A stretch of DNA of 64,000 nt, taken from positions 31,929,339 through 31,993,338 of the forward strand of contig NC_057720.1 of the NCBI RefSeq assembly GCF_004010195.1, written 5' to 3'. The DNA comes from Chiloscyllium plagiosum (Eukaryota). This document shows, in pieces, positions 10,161-21,925 of the stretch. The stretch's first letter is position 1, and each line of letters begins with the position of its first letter. The notes under the pieces were generated by a model that was not told the origin of the DNA, did no database searches, and worked only from the letters and a program-made list of their open reading frames with translations. A program made the translations under genes and the position numbers.

Positions 10161-13100
10161 GATATTGTGCCGGCCTTTATCCTATGTTAAGATCAGACTA
10201 ACCTACAAACCCTTCATTATACTAACTTCCATGTGCCTATCCAAGCGTCACTTAAAAGTCTCTAATGGATCTGACTCTACTACCACTGCTAGAAGTGCAT
10301 TCCACACACCCACCACTCTGAGTAAAGATCCGACTTCTGATATCCCCCCCAAACCTTCCTCCAATTACCTTAAAAGTATGCCCCTCATGATAGACATTTC
10401 TGCCATGGGAAAAAGTCTCTGGCTATCCACTCTATTTATGCCTCTCAACTTCTTGTATACCTTTATCAATTCACCTCTCATCCTTCTTTGTTCCAATGAG
10501 CTTCCTACCTCCCTCAACTTTTGTTCATAAGACATGCCCTCTAGTCCAGGCAGCATTCTGATAAATCTCCTCTGCACCCTCACTCATGCTTCCAAATCTT
10601 TCCTATAATGAGGCGACCAGAACTGAACACAATATTCCAAGTGTGGTCTAACCAGGACTTTACAGAGTCCCCCTGCTAATGAAAGCCAACTCACCATTTA
10701 CCTTCTTAACAACCCTATCAACCTGACGGCAACTTTGAGGAATATATGGACACGGACTCCAAGATCCCTCTGTTCCTTCACACTGCCAAGAATCCTGACT
10801 TTAACTCTGTATTCTGCATTCAAATTCGACCGTCCAAAGTGAACGTTATCACACTTTTCCTGGTTGAACTCCATCTGCCACTTATCAGTCCAGTTCTGTA
10901 TCCTGTCAATGTCCTGTTGCAACCTACAACAACCCTCCACACTACCTTCAACTGCACAAAGCTTCATGTCATCAGCAAACTTACTAACCCACCTTCCCAC
11001 TTCCTCATTCAATGTGGAATACCACTGGTCACCGAGCTCCAGGCAGAATACTTTCCATCTACTGCCACCTTCTGTCTTCTATGGGCCAGCCAATTCTGTA
11101 TCCGATGTCTCCTTAATTTCTGAATGAGCCTACCATGGGAAATCTTATCAAATGCGTTGCTAAAATCCATGTACACCACATCTACTGCTCTATCTTCTTC
11201 AATGTGTTTTGTCACATCCTCAAAGAATTCAGTAAGGTTTGTGAGGCATGACCTGCCCCTCTCAAAGCCATGCTGACTAACTCTAATCAAGTTATGGTTT
11301 TCCAAGTAGTCGTAAATCATGTCTCTCAGAATCCTCTCAAATACTTTGCCCACCACTGACATAAGACTGACTGGTCTGTAATCCCCAGGATTATCCCTAT
11401 CCCCTTTTTTGAACAAAGGAATAGCATTTTCCACCCTCCACTCATTTGGCACTACTCAGTGGACAGTGAGGATGCAAAGATTATCGCCAAAGGCATAGTA
11501 ATCTCTTCCCTCACTTCCTGTAGTAACCTTGGGTATATCCCATCTGGCCCAGGGGACATATCTATCCTTATGTTTTTCAAAATTTTTAGCACATCCTCCT
11601 TCCTAACATCAACCTGTTCTAGCAAACCAGTCTGTTTCACACTGTCTTCAGAAACATAAAGGTCCCTCTCAGTTGGCAAAGTATTCATTAAGGACCTTCA
11701 CTACCCCCTCTAACTTCAGGTGTAAATTCCCTCCATTATCTCTGATTGGCCCTACCCTCACTCTGGCCATCCTCTTCTTCCTCACATAAGTGCATAATGC
11801 CTTAGGGTTTTCCTTAATCCTAACCGCAAAGCTTTTTCGTGCCACTTCTAGCTCTCCTAAGTCCATTCTTCAGTTTCTTCCTGGCTACCTTGTAACCCTC
11901 TTGAGCCCTGGAAAAGCACAGCAGGTCAGGCAGCATCTGAGGAGCAGGAAGATCGATGTTTTGGGCAAAAGCCCCTCATTCCTGATGAGGGGCTTCTGCT
12001 CGACACGCGATTTTCCTGCTCCTCGGATGCTGCCTGACCTGCTGTATTTTTCCAGTACCACTCTAATCTCGACTCTGATCTCCAGCATCTGCAGTCCTCA
12101 CTTATGCCTACCCTCTAAAGTCCTGTCTGATCCTTGCTTCCTCAACTTTAAGTAAGCTTCCTTCTTCCACTTGACTGGATGTTCCACATCCCTTGTCATC
12201 CAAGGTTTTTCACCCTACCATCCCTTCCTTGCCTCAGTGAGACAAACCTGTCCAGCACTATCAGCAAGTGCTCCCTAAACAACCTCAACCTTTCTGTTGT
12301 GCATTTCCTTAAAAACATCTGTTCCCAGTTCAGGTGTCCCAGTTCCTGCCTAATAGCATTGAAATTTCCCCTCCGCCAATTAAATACTTTCCCATACAGT
12401 CTGTTCCAACCTCTCCCCATAATTGTAGTAAGGGTTATGGAGTTGTGATCTCTATCACCAAAAATACTCTCTCACTGAGAGATCTGATACCTGATATGGT
12501 TCGTTTGCAAGCACCAAATCCGACATGGCCTCCCCTCTAGTCGGCCTGTCTACATATTGCGTCAGGAACCCTTCCTGGACACGCCTGACAAAGTCTGCTC
12601 CATCCAAACTATTTGAGCTAAGGAGGTTCCAATCAATATTAGGGAAGTTAAAGCCACCAGTGACAATAACCCTGTTACTTCTGCACCTTTCCAAAATCTG
12701 CCTCCCAATCTGCTTCTCCATGTCTCTGTTGCTATTGGGAGGCCTGTGGAAAACTCCCAATAAAGTGACTGCTCCTTTCCTGTTTCTGACTTGCACCTAT
12801 ACTGACTCTGTAGATGAACCCTCCTCAATGATCTACCTTTCTGTAGATGTGATAATATCCCTGATTAGCATTGCCATTCCTCCCACCTCTTTCACCTTCC
12901 TCCTCCTCCTCCTCCTCCTCCTCTCTCTCCACCCCCCCCCCACCCACATTGCTTTTGAAACATCTAAACTCTGGAATATCCAACAACCATTACTGCACCT
13001 GTGATATCTAAGTCTCCGTAATGGCCACAACATCATAGTTCTGAGTACTGATCCATGCTCTGAGTTCGTCAACCTTATCCCAGATATTTCTTGCATTAAA

Positions 13101-13500
13101 ATAAACATACTTCAATCCATCACACTGACTGTACGTTTGCCCTATTAAGTGCCTATCCCTCCTCACAGACTCTCTGTACACTTTATCTGGCTGTTCACTA
13201 CCTACTCCAACATCTGCTCCATAGCTCATGTTCCCATTCGCCTGTCAATCTAGTTTAAACCCTCTTGAAGAGCTCTAGCAAACCGTCTGCTCAGGATATT
13301 GGTTCCCCTCCAGTTCAGGTACAACCCATCCTTCTTGTACAGGTCCCACCTTCCCCAGATGGTATCCCAATGATCCGTATATCTGAATCTCTTCCTCCTA
13401 CACCAGCCTTGCAGCCATGTGTTCATCTGCACTCGCTCTCTGTTCCTAGCCTCACTTGCACATGGCACTAGTAGCAATCCTGAGATTTTTACTCTGCTCA
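10116..13500 (-). mobile_element. Long CR1 LINE: ORF1 C-terminus, ORF2 endonuclease and RT, 3' tail; decayed
   Basis: DGLYLNWRG (ORF1), YFNARNI..VAITET, GGFNFPNIDW, SPGPDGIYP, DYRPVSL, QHGF, YMDFSNAFD, KFADD. Confidence 0.9.
11908..12105. mobile_element. Fold-back PLE-derived element, family A, inserted in CR1
   Basis: Inverted arms around ~11980, degenerate hammerhead CUGAUGA..GACA, one-sided tail; flanks accctcttgagccctg / accctctaaagtcctg. Confidence 0.8.
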
Positions 13501-13794
13501 TTTGGAGCTCACATTCTTCTGCCAGTTCACTTTGCATACAGGAACATACATGCATCTATACATGATATATCTTCTGTTTCTTAGTTTACTCTCTTAAAGA
13601 TCACTCACTTTGCGTTTGACTGAGGTTTGCCAATGCTTTTGGCTTTCATTGTTTTTCACCACACAGCCTCTTCAGTTCCAACTCACCAGCTGCCAGCCAC
13701 TGTGGCTTGCATTACATTTCAGTGCGCTGGGAGGTACAGGCAGCTTGTTACAGTGGGAGCATTGACTAGTGGGGGGTAGACATATTGCTATATG

Positions 13795-13915
13795 GCAAAA
13801 TGAGGACTGCAGATGCTGGAGATCAGAGTCAAGATTACAGTGGTGCTGGAAAAGCACAGCATCCGAGGAGCAGGAAAATCAACATTTCGGGCAAAAGCGC
13901 TTCATCAGGAATGAG
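13795..13915 (-). mobile_element. Family A PLE terminus, single arm
   Basis: Reverse strand CUGAUGA-A-GCGC/UUUU/GCCC-GAAAUG followed by the family A tail. Confidence 0.75.
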
Positions 13916-15111
13916 CCATGCTATGTCAATACTACACCCTAAAGGATGTGCCAGCTCCTGGAGTGGAAAACTCACTCAATGTATCTCAAGCAAATGATTG
14001 TGTCTTAAAGTAAAAAGGGAACAGTCCTTATTTGGGTCAAGGATGCTATGGTCAGGTGGGAGGGAGCCACCATACTCAGTCAAGGGACTTAACGATTCCA
14101 CTCCAGGGATTGGTCACTGTCAGTCAGGCACTTGGTCCTGCCAAAGTCCAGGGTCAAGTGCAGCCAGCCCTGGGATCACAGGTAAGTCAGTCAGGGTGCT
14201 GTGCAGGCATTAGTTCTGGATCTGAGCCATTCTCAGATGAGTTACTTCTTCAAGTCAGTCTGGTGAGGTGGTCATAACCAGTCCTGGGAGTTTGGACCTT
14301 GCTGATGTGATGTGCAGGGAATTATCAGGATGAAGTCTGTTGAGTCCCAAGGAAAGCAGAAGTGAAGTTCATTAGACTGGGTCCCTGGGGGAATGATTCT
14401 AGCAGAATGCTGTTCATGATAAAAAGGTTAAGATTTCAAGGAGTGTGTCGGGGGAGCAGGGAGTAGAAAGCTGAGGGAGGATGTTGTTCACAAATAACAG
14501 ACTATTTGGCTTCAGCAGGGTGCAAGTGTATGGGCAACAAGGGCATGCCAATTTACAAATCCATCGGCTTGATGTAATTTGGGGACCCTAACCGCAAAGA
14601 AAAGGATGAATGGAAACATTGGGAAGCTGAAAAGCCATGAGGATACAGGGAAAGCACTATAAAAAGGGAACATGAAGGATGGGGTAATCATCCTTCAGCT
14701 CAAGTGTGGCCTGTCAGTCCAGGATTTTTAAAAATCAGACTGATGGGAGTCTGATGGTCTGCACAAAGCAAGCGCAGTTGCCTCTTTCTTTACGTTCATG
14801 TGTGAAATATGGCATTTGGGATTCAGTGAGTCTTTTTCAGAATCCCCTGTCTCTGTGGTAACCAACAGCTGGCCTATTGCCAGGTAAACCTTGATACAAC
14901 TTTACACCATCCCATGTTTCTAAGGCATCCTGTTTTACCTTAAATTGAAAGAGACAGATTAAAATATAACCATCTTATGAAATATCACATTGATAGTACA
15001 CTTTTCTAACTGGAGACGTCTCTCGAGATGGTCATTTAAGCAAGTTTCCACTTTTTCTCGATCAGATTTTTGTTACCTTTCTTTGCTGACCAAATTGCCA
15101 CATCCCATTAA

Positions 15112-15424
15112 GAATTAGAATGCCTACAGTGTGGAAACAGGCCATTCAGCCCACCCTCCGAAGAGCAACCCACCCAGACCCATTCACCCACCTATATTTA
15201 CCCCTGACTAATACAGCTAATATTATGGGTAATTTAGCATGGCCAATTCACCAAACCTGCACATCTTTGGATTGTGGGAGGAAACCGGAGCACCCGGAGG
15301 CAACCCACGCAGACATGGGGAGAATGTGCAAACTCCACACAGACAGTTGCCTGAGGCTCGAATTGAACCGGGGTCCCTGGCGCTGTGAAACAGCAGTGCT
15401 TACCGCTGAGTCACTGTGCTGCCG
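15112..15424 (-). mobile_element. HE1-type V-SINE
   Basis: Full head, V-domain and tail in reverse orientation. Confidence 0.9.
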
Positions 15425-15704
15425 TTAATTTCCCATGAAGGAAGTCATTTCGGCATTTCGTACATGAATATTTACTGAATTGCCCTTACTAAACTTATTT
15501 TGTCTCAAACTGACATGCTACCATTATTCCGAACAATCGGTTCATGTGAATTTAAGTTTGCATCTCCAGGGGCTGCAAGCAGTGGATTTGATCTTTTGTG
15601 AACATAACTTAAGCAAAGCTGAACCGAACTAAGCAAGTTCTAAAACTGAAGGGAATAAAGTTAAATTCACAGCAACATTGAAATACCAAATAAACTGAAC
15701 CAAG

Positions 15705-15890
15705 AAGGTGCTTAGCTTATTCTGGTAGTCCTTGTACAGGAAATTCTCATTCCATTTTTGTTTCTTTTCTGTTCTAACACCCAAGTTTGTTTGCTTTTCA
15801 CCGAATTTTGAATCTGTGGAGTTCCTTTTGGAGTGCATCATCCAAATTTGCATATGGTGCTTTTGGTAGTCTTCTGTTCCTTATGCTTAT
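15705..15890 (-). mobile_element. Possible ancient pogo/Tigger (CENP-B HTH) transposase remnant
   Basis: RNRRLPKAPYANLDDAL then, in shifted frames, QKWNENF/PVQGLPE*AK; resemblance judged by eye only. Confidence 0.3.
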
Positions 15891-17074
15891 AGCTCTTAAG
15901 TGAGAAATAATTACATTCAGCTCAATTTTTAAAGTTTCCTATTTAATTGCAAATATTTTAAATTTAACCAAAATTTTAATTATACAGATTATGGGGGTCA
16001 AATGAGATATCTTCCAATACATGGGCACATGGATCCTGATGCATGATGAATCTGCTCCCACTGAATGAAATACAGCAGCAAGCTCACTTTGTACTATCTG
16101 CTCACTACAATGAATTCTGCATTCATCCAGCCCTCCCCGTGCTGATCGCATTCACAGATGGCACAATATTGTTAGTAACCTACGTTGACTGCACTTCGTA
16201 TTGGGAAAGCTGCATTGTTGCTGGAGCACCTGCTGGGAGTTTTTAAATAAGTGAATTGACCAGGGAAAAAATTAGGAATGGTTGACAATGGAAGCGAATG
16301 AGCACATTGTTTCCAGAAGCTGCACTGGAAGTCATGGAGGGGGAAGTGGAAAATTGCAGCGATGTCCCATATCCTCAAGGGGGTGGGGAATAATCTCCAG
16401 ACACAGTGAAAACAGATCATCATGGAACAGGAATATAGCCCCAAGAACGTGGATGCAATGCCTTAAGAATTTAGATAATTTCACATGACTTGTCAAGATC
16501 AGCAAATACATTTTCAAATGTTATATCCTGTCTACTGCACCATTAGCCACAGCCACTTCTCAATTCACCATACACCCATCAATCAGCTACCACAAGTTTC
16601 TATCAGCCAGAACTTATACATAGTATTCATAGGTTTTTTTTTAAATCATCATACACTGTTACAAGCCTCTCTCTTACTTCTCAGAGCTTGCATAATTGCA
16701 TGACAGCCACATTACTCAAACAGATTGCAATACACCCAGTGACACACTTCCGTCTTTCGTACAAGAGACATTCTTGCACAACGAGAGGCAGTCGGAATTA
16801 AGCAGATTGAGAAGCTACAGAGAGTTGAAGCGTGCAGTGCTTCTTATCTCCTCTCCCCTCAATGTGACCCTATGTGTTTTCCTTGTTCCTTTCGAAACCC
16901 AATAATTACATCTTGCTAAAGCAGTGGAGGAAGAAGACAATGTAAATGAACAAACGTGGACACAGATTTCATAGTCACAGCAAGCAGCTCAGATACTGGC
17001 ACTGTACATAATTTAGAGGTTGTTATAAGGATAGACTATGCATGCAATAAACAGTGCAAAGCTATATTGCAAAA

Positions 17075-17300
17075 AAAACCAAAGAACTGCAGATGCTGGA
17101 AATCAGAAACAAAAATGGAAATTGCTGGAGAAACTCAGCAGGTCTGGCAGCATCTGTGGAGAGAACACTGTGTTAACAGTTTGAGTCCGGTAACCTGTCA
17201 GAACTATTCTGAAGAAGCGTAGCTGGACCTGAAATGTTAATTTTATATTCTTTCCACAGAAGCTGCCAGACATGCTGAGTCTTTCCAGCAATTTCTGTGC
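17075..17300. mobile_element. Fold-back PLE-derived element, family C
   Basis: Inverted arms; degenerate core CUGAAGA..GAAAUGUU at 17209. Confidence 0.75.
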
Positions 17301-17825
17301 AAGTTGTATTGCAGCTAGATCAGGAAGAAAGGACAATGCACCAATTCACCTATGCAAAGGATTCTGGTGATGACTTTATTTGGCCAAATTAAAGAAGCAG
17401 GATTGGGTGGACAGGCCAAAGTGTAAGGGAAAGCCTGTGAATAAACTGGCATTCAGTGTCAAGCAGTGTGAAGGTATTGGCACCATCTTGGCACTTGGAT
17501 TCAGCCAAGTTTGAACCCCAGAACTTCCAACATAAATCAGCTAAATTCCATTGATACATTTGTGGAGCCAAGCATGATTCAGTTTCTGATGACTGATGTC
17601 TCAGGTTCCAACGCAGCACAAGCAGCAGCTACATCAGCATGTGAGTGCTGCAGTGAAATCTCAGACTGTTACTGCATTGGTTCTAGATATCAAAGCACTA
17701 AGAAGCCTCCAGGGCAGTAAAGCAATCTGTTCTGCAATTGATCTGCTTCATAAAGATTCTGTAAACCAGGGAACTTGCTGACAGCCATTCTTCAACATCT
17801 CTTCCTCCTCTTTCTAGCAGCCTCT

Positions 17826-18130
17826 ATTATAGAGACAGAGCATAGAAACAGATCCTTCGGCCCAACACATCCATGTTGACCATGCTTCCTAAACTGAACC
17901 AGTTCCACTTGCCTGCATTTGGCCCATTTCCCTCAAAACCTTTCCTATCCGTGTACTTGTCCAAATGTCTTTTACATGTTTCAATTGTACTTGCCTCTAT
18001 CACCTCCTCTGGCAGGTCATTCCATATATGCACCACCCTCTGTGTGAAAAAGCTGCCCCTCAGGTCCCTTTTAAATCTGTACCCTCTCACCTTAAACACA
18101 TGCCTTCTAGGTTTGGACTCACCCACCATT
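17826..18130 (-). mobile_element. CR1 LINE 3' end
   Basis: FFTQRVVHIWNDLPEEVIEA and CR1 3' UTR. Confidence 0.85.
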
Positions 18131-19980
18131 CTACATGTTCTGCACGGCATCTGCTGGTCCCAATCATATTAAGTGCTGAGACAATATTATCTTAAAGCTA
18201 CTGTTCCGTGCACAAACCTATGAGTAATAAAAAAAAGTACTTCAAAACATCAGCCAAACTACTCTCTGTAGATGATTAAAACTTTTAACAAGTTCAGAAA
18301 TCATACAAGCTGTTTAAAATTGCAGCAAGATCCAGTTTAAATAGTCCAGTAACTGACCTACAAGTAGGTGGTGATGCTTATAAATAGTAATGCTGGAATT
18401 CCTTCATACTATTGAATGAGTGTTTAGCAGTGGCAGGTTAAGAGAGGTCTAGCTTCATAATGATGATACTGATGTTATACTTCTGACTAATATCATGATC
18501 TGTCTGCTCTGCTTTCAACTGCTAGATGATATTAGGTGCACATCTACTAATCCCTTTGACAATATGACATTCTTCAGAACCTGAGAAGTAGAAGCAGAAG
18601 TAGGCCATTCAGCCCCTGAAGCCAGTTCTAAAAGATCATTATTAATTTGCTACAGACTTCTGCCTCTTTCGTGCCAGCTCCTCATAGCCCTCAGCTGCTT
18701 GATGTTTCAAATTTCCTCCTCTTTCGATACTTTCAGTGATCTAGTCTCCTCAACTCTGAGTAGAGCATTCTGGATATTCACTATCACCTCAAAGAAAAAA
18801 ACTCCTTTGCATCTCAGTTTTAAAGTGTATAACCTCACATTTTCCTACATTAAACTCCATATGTCAATGTTTTGCACACTCACTGAACAGTCTGTCCCTT
18901 TGCAGATTCCTTATATCTTCATCACAACAATCCCTACCACCTGTTTTTGTGAGTAAGACATCAGTGCACTTCTCATTAGAGGCATGTCCGGAAGCAATGG
19001 GCAGCATTTTAGAATATTAAGAAACCTTGTAGGACTGACAAAAATGGGCATTCCTGAGCCCAATTTCATTTCCACGGTTTCCAAATTAATCTTTCGTTTT
19101 ATACTGATAATGTGATTAACCTTTCTAACAAGCGGTTATACAGGAAATGTTTATCTACCATTTTTTAAAAGATTCCGATTGACCAGTTTTGTTTATATCT
19201 CTAATTCTTTCAGATTTTCTTCATATTTTAGTAACATGTTTTGAATACCCCAACATGAAGGGTGAATTGGGGACTTTAAGAAGATTAAATTTAACAGCTA
19301 AAATCCGGGGTTAAGTATTTCAAACTGATTATTATCTGGTCTCAGTCAATATACACTTGTTGTATTGGTGACGTGTTGATACCATGGGTTGGTATGTAAT
19401 ATTTTATACTGATGGTGAAAGGATGTGGGCTTTAAATTATTATGTTCCTCTCGCAGTGTTTTTCTTATCTAACTCAGATAAATGGAGAAAGATATAAAGT
19501 GAAGACAGCTTAACAGGCAAAATAAAACATCATGCACCAACAATTCTAGAGCACATCTTGTATTATAAGGATGTCACAAATCCTTCACAGGACGGTGGAC
19601 CAAAATAGAAGAGAGAAATGCTTTGATATTATTGAAAGATTATAAGTTGAATCCTGTTTCCTTTTGGCCTTATAGATGGACAAAATAGCTGAAGTATGGA
19701 AGTTTCATGCATTAAAGAAACCAAGTGGGATCACAGCACATCTTCCTCGGAGACGGAAAGGCACTCGGCTTCGAGAACATCACAAGTATCTCAACCTCTA
19801 CCACAAATAGAGGTCAATGATGTACAATAGTACTTGAAACTGTACTCTATTCTTAGACCAGAGGAATTCATCAGCTGCCATAACCTCTACTGAATCAAAT
19901 CAAACTAGTATTTCATAAAATATGGTACAAGCCCTTACACTGGAGCTGTATTCCATCTAGCTTCTATGATGTAGGATAAT

Positions 19981-20185
19981 AAAACAAAGAACTGCAGATG
20001 CTAGAGATCTGAAATGAACAAAAACAGAAATTGCTGGAGAAACTCAGCAACTCTGGCAGCATCGGTGGAGATAAAATAGAGTTAATGTTTTGAGTCCTGT
20101 GACCTTCGGACTTGAAATGTTAAATCTGTTTTCTCTCCAAGATGCTACCAGACTTGCTGAGTTCCTCTGGCAATTTCTGTTTTTG
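19981..20185. mobile_element. Fold-back PLE-derived element, family C
   Basis: aacagaaattgctggagaaactcagc.. inverted to ..gctgagttcctctggcaatttctgtt. Confidence 0.75.
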
Positions 20186-20296
20186 CTTGTTTTCGCAGAG
20201 CAGTAAATTGATTGAATTATTCTGAAATCAGCTATGTTGTGTGTTACATAAGGCCAGTTTCATATTCTGAAGTCATACTGATTATTCTTTGTAAGT

Positions 20297-21678
20297 TGAG
20301 AGTGTGGTGCTGGAAAGGACAGCAGGTCAGGCAGCATCTGAGAAGCAGGAGAATCGATGTTTCGAACAAAAGCCCTTCATCAGGAATGAGGCTTGTAGGT
20401 CAGGGCCAAGAGATAAATGGGGAGGGGNNNNNNNNNNNNGGATGAAGGTGAGGGAGAAGGTGATAGGTCAGAGTGGGCAGTGATGGGCGGGCCCAGAGGG
20501 CGGTGTTGAGTTGGAGGCTTGGGACTGGAATAATGTAGGGGGAGGGGAAATGAGGAAGCTGTTGAAATCCACATTTATCCCATGTGGTTGCAGGGTCCCA
20601 AGGCAGAATGTGAGGCGTATCTCCTCCAGACATCGGGTGGCAATGGATTGGCGGTGGAGGCGGCCCAGAACCTGCATGTCCTTGACGGAATGGGACGGGG
20701 AGTTGAAATGTTCAGCCACAGGGTGATGGGGTTGGTGGGTGCGGGTGTCCCAGAGATGTTCCCTGAAATGATCCGCAAGAAGGTATCCTGTCTCCCCGAT
20801 GTAGAGGAGACCACACCGGGTGCAACGGACATTGGTAGATGACATTGGTAGAGGTACAGTTAAATTTCTGATGGATGTGGAAGGATCCCTTGGGCCTTGT
20901 ACAGAAGTGAGGGGAGTGGTGTGGGTGCAGGTTTTGCTCTTCCTGTGGTGGCAGGGAAAGGTGCCAGGAGTGGGGTGTGGGCTGGTGGGGGACCTGACAA
21001 GGGAGTCGGAGCGAGTATGGTCTTTTCGGAACGCTGATAGGGCTGGGGAGGGAAATATATCTCTGGTGGGGTCTGTTCGGAGGTGGTGGAAGTGGCGGAG
21101 AATAATGTGTTGTATGCGGAGGTTGGTGGGGTGGAAGGTGAGGACCTGGGGTGGGGGGTTCCTGTCCTTGTTCTGTCCAAGGAACCCCATCACCCCATGG
21201 CTGAACACTCCCCCCTCCCAATCTGTCAAGGACATGCAGCTCCTGGGCCTCCTCCTTCGCCAAACTGTTACCATCTGACGTCTGGAGGAGGAATGCCTCA
21301 TATTTCGCCTTGGAATCCTGCAACAACACGAGATAAATATGGATTTCAACAGCTTCTCACTTCCCCTCTCTCTACATTATCCCAGTCCCAGGCTTCCAAC
21401 TTGGCACCACCCTCCGGACCCGTCCATCACTGCCTCCTCTGACCTATCACCTTCTCCCTCACCTTCATCCACTTATCACTTTCCCAGCTATCTCTCCCCA
21501 ACCCCACCCCCTCCCATTTGTCTCTCAGCCCCAACCCGCAAGCCTCATTCCTGATGAAGGGCTCTGGCCTGAAATGTTTATTCTCTTGCTTCTCAGAGGC
21601 TGCCTGACCTGCTGCGCTTTTCCATCAACACAATCTCGACTCTGATCTCCAGCATCTGGAGTCCTCACTTTCTCCCTG
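20297..21678. mobile_element. Penelope-like element with inverted structure: minus-strand EN region 20297-21180, plus-strand copy of its 3' end 21180-21678
   Basis: VLTFHPTNLRI, FPCHHRKSKTCTH, RCTRCGLLYIGETG, FREH, LGTLQPHGINVDF; hammerhead cores at 20356-20383 (-) and 21551-21578 (+); flanks tattctttgtaagt / tattctttttaagt. Confidence 0.88.
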
Positions 21679-21789
21679 TATTCTTTTTAAGTAACAGTTA
21701 CTATTGGGACTGAGTGATCTGGTTGGCATACCATTCATTCATCACCAGATCCTGGATTTGATTGACCATAAAAATTCTAAATAAAGTTA

Positions 21790-21925
21790 AAAAAAGCAAA
21801 AGAAAGTGGATGCTGGAAATCAGAATCATAACAGAAATTGCTGGGAAAAGTCACTAGGTCTGGCAGCATCTGTGGAGAGAAATCAAAGTTGAAATTTTGG
21901 GAACAGTGACCCTTCTTTAGAAGCG
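21790..21925 (-). mobile_element. Family C PLE terminus, single arm, degenerate
   Basis: gatgctggaaatcagaa..cagaaattgctggg..ggtctggcagcatctgtggagag. Confidence 0.65.

Noticed and set aside
20468..21349. 293-aa ORF as a host gene
   Set aside because: Chimera across the inversion junction of a decayed PLE
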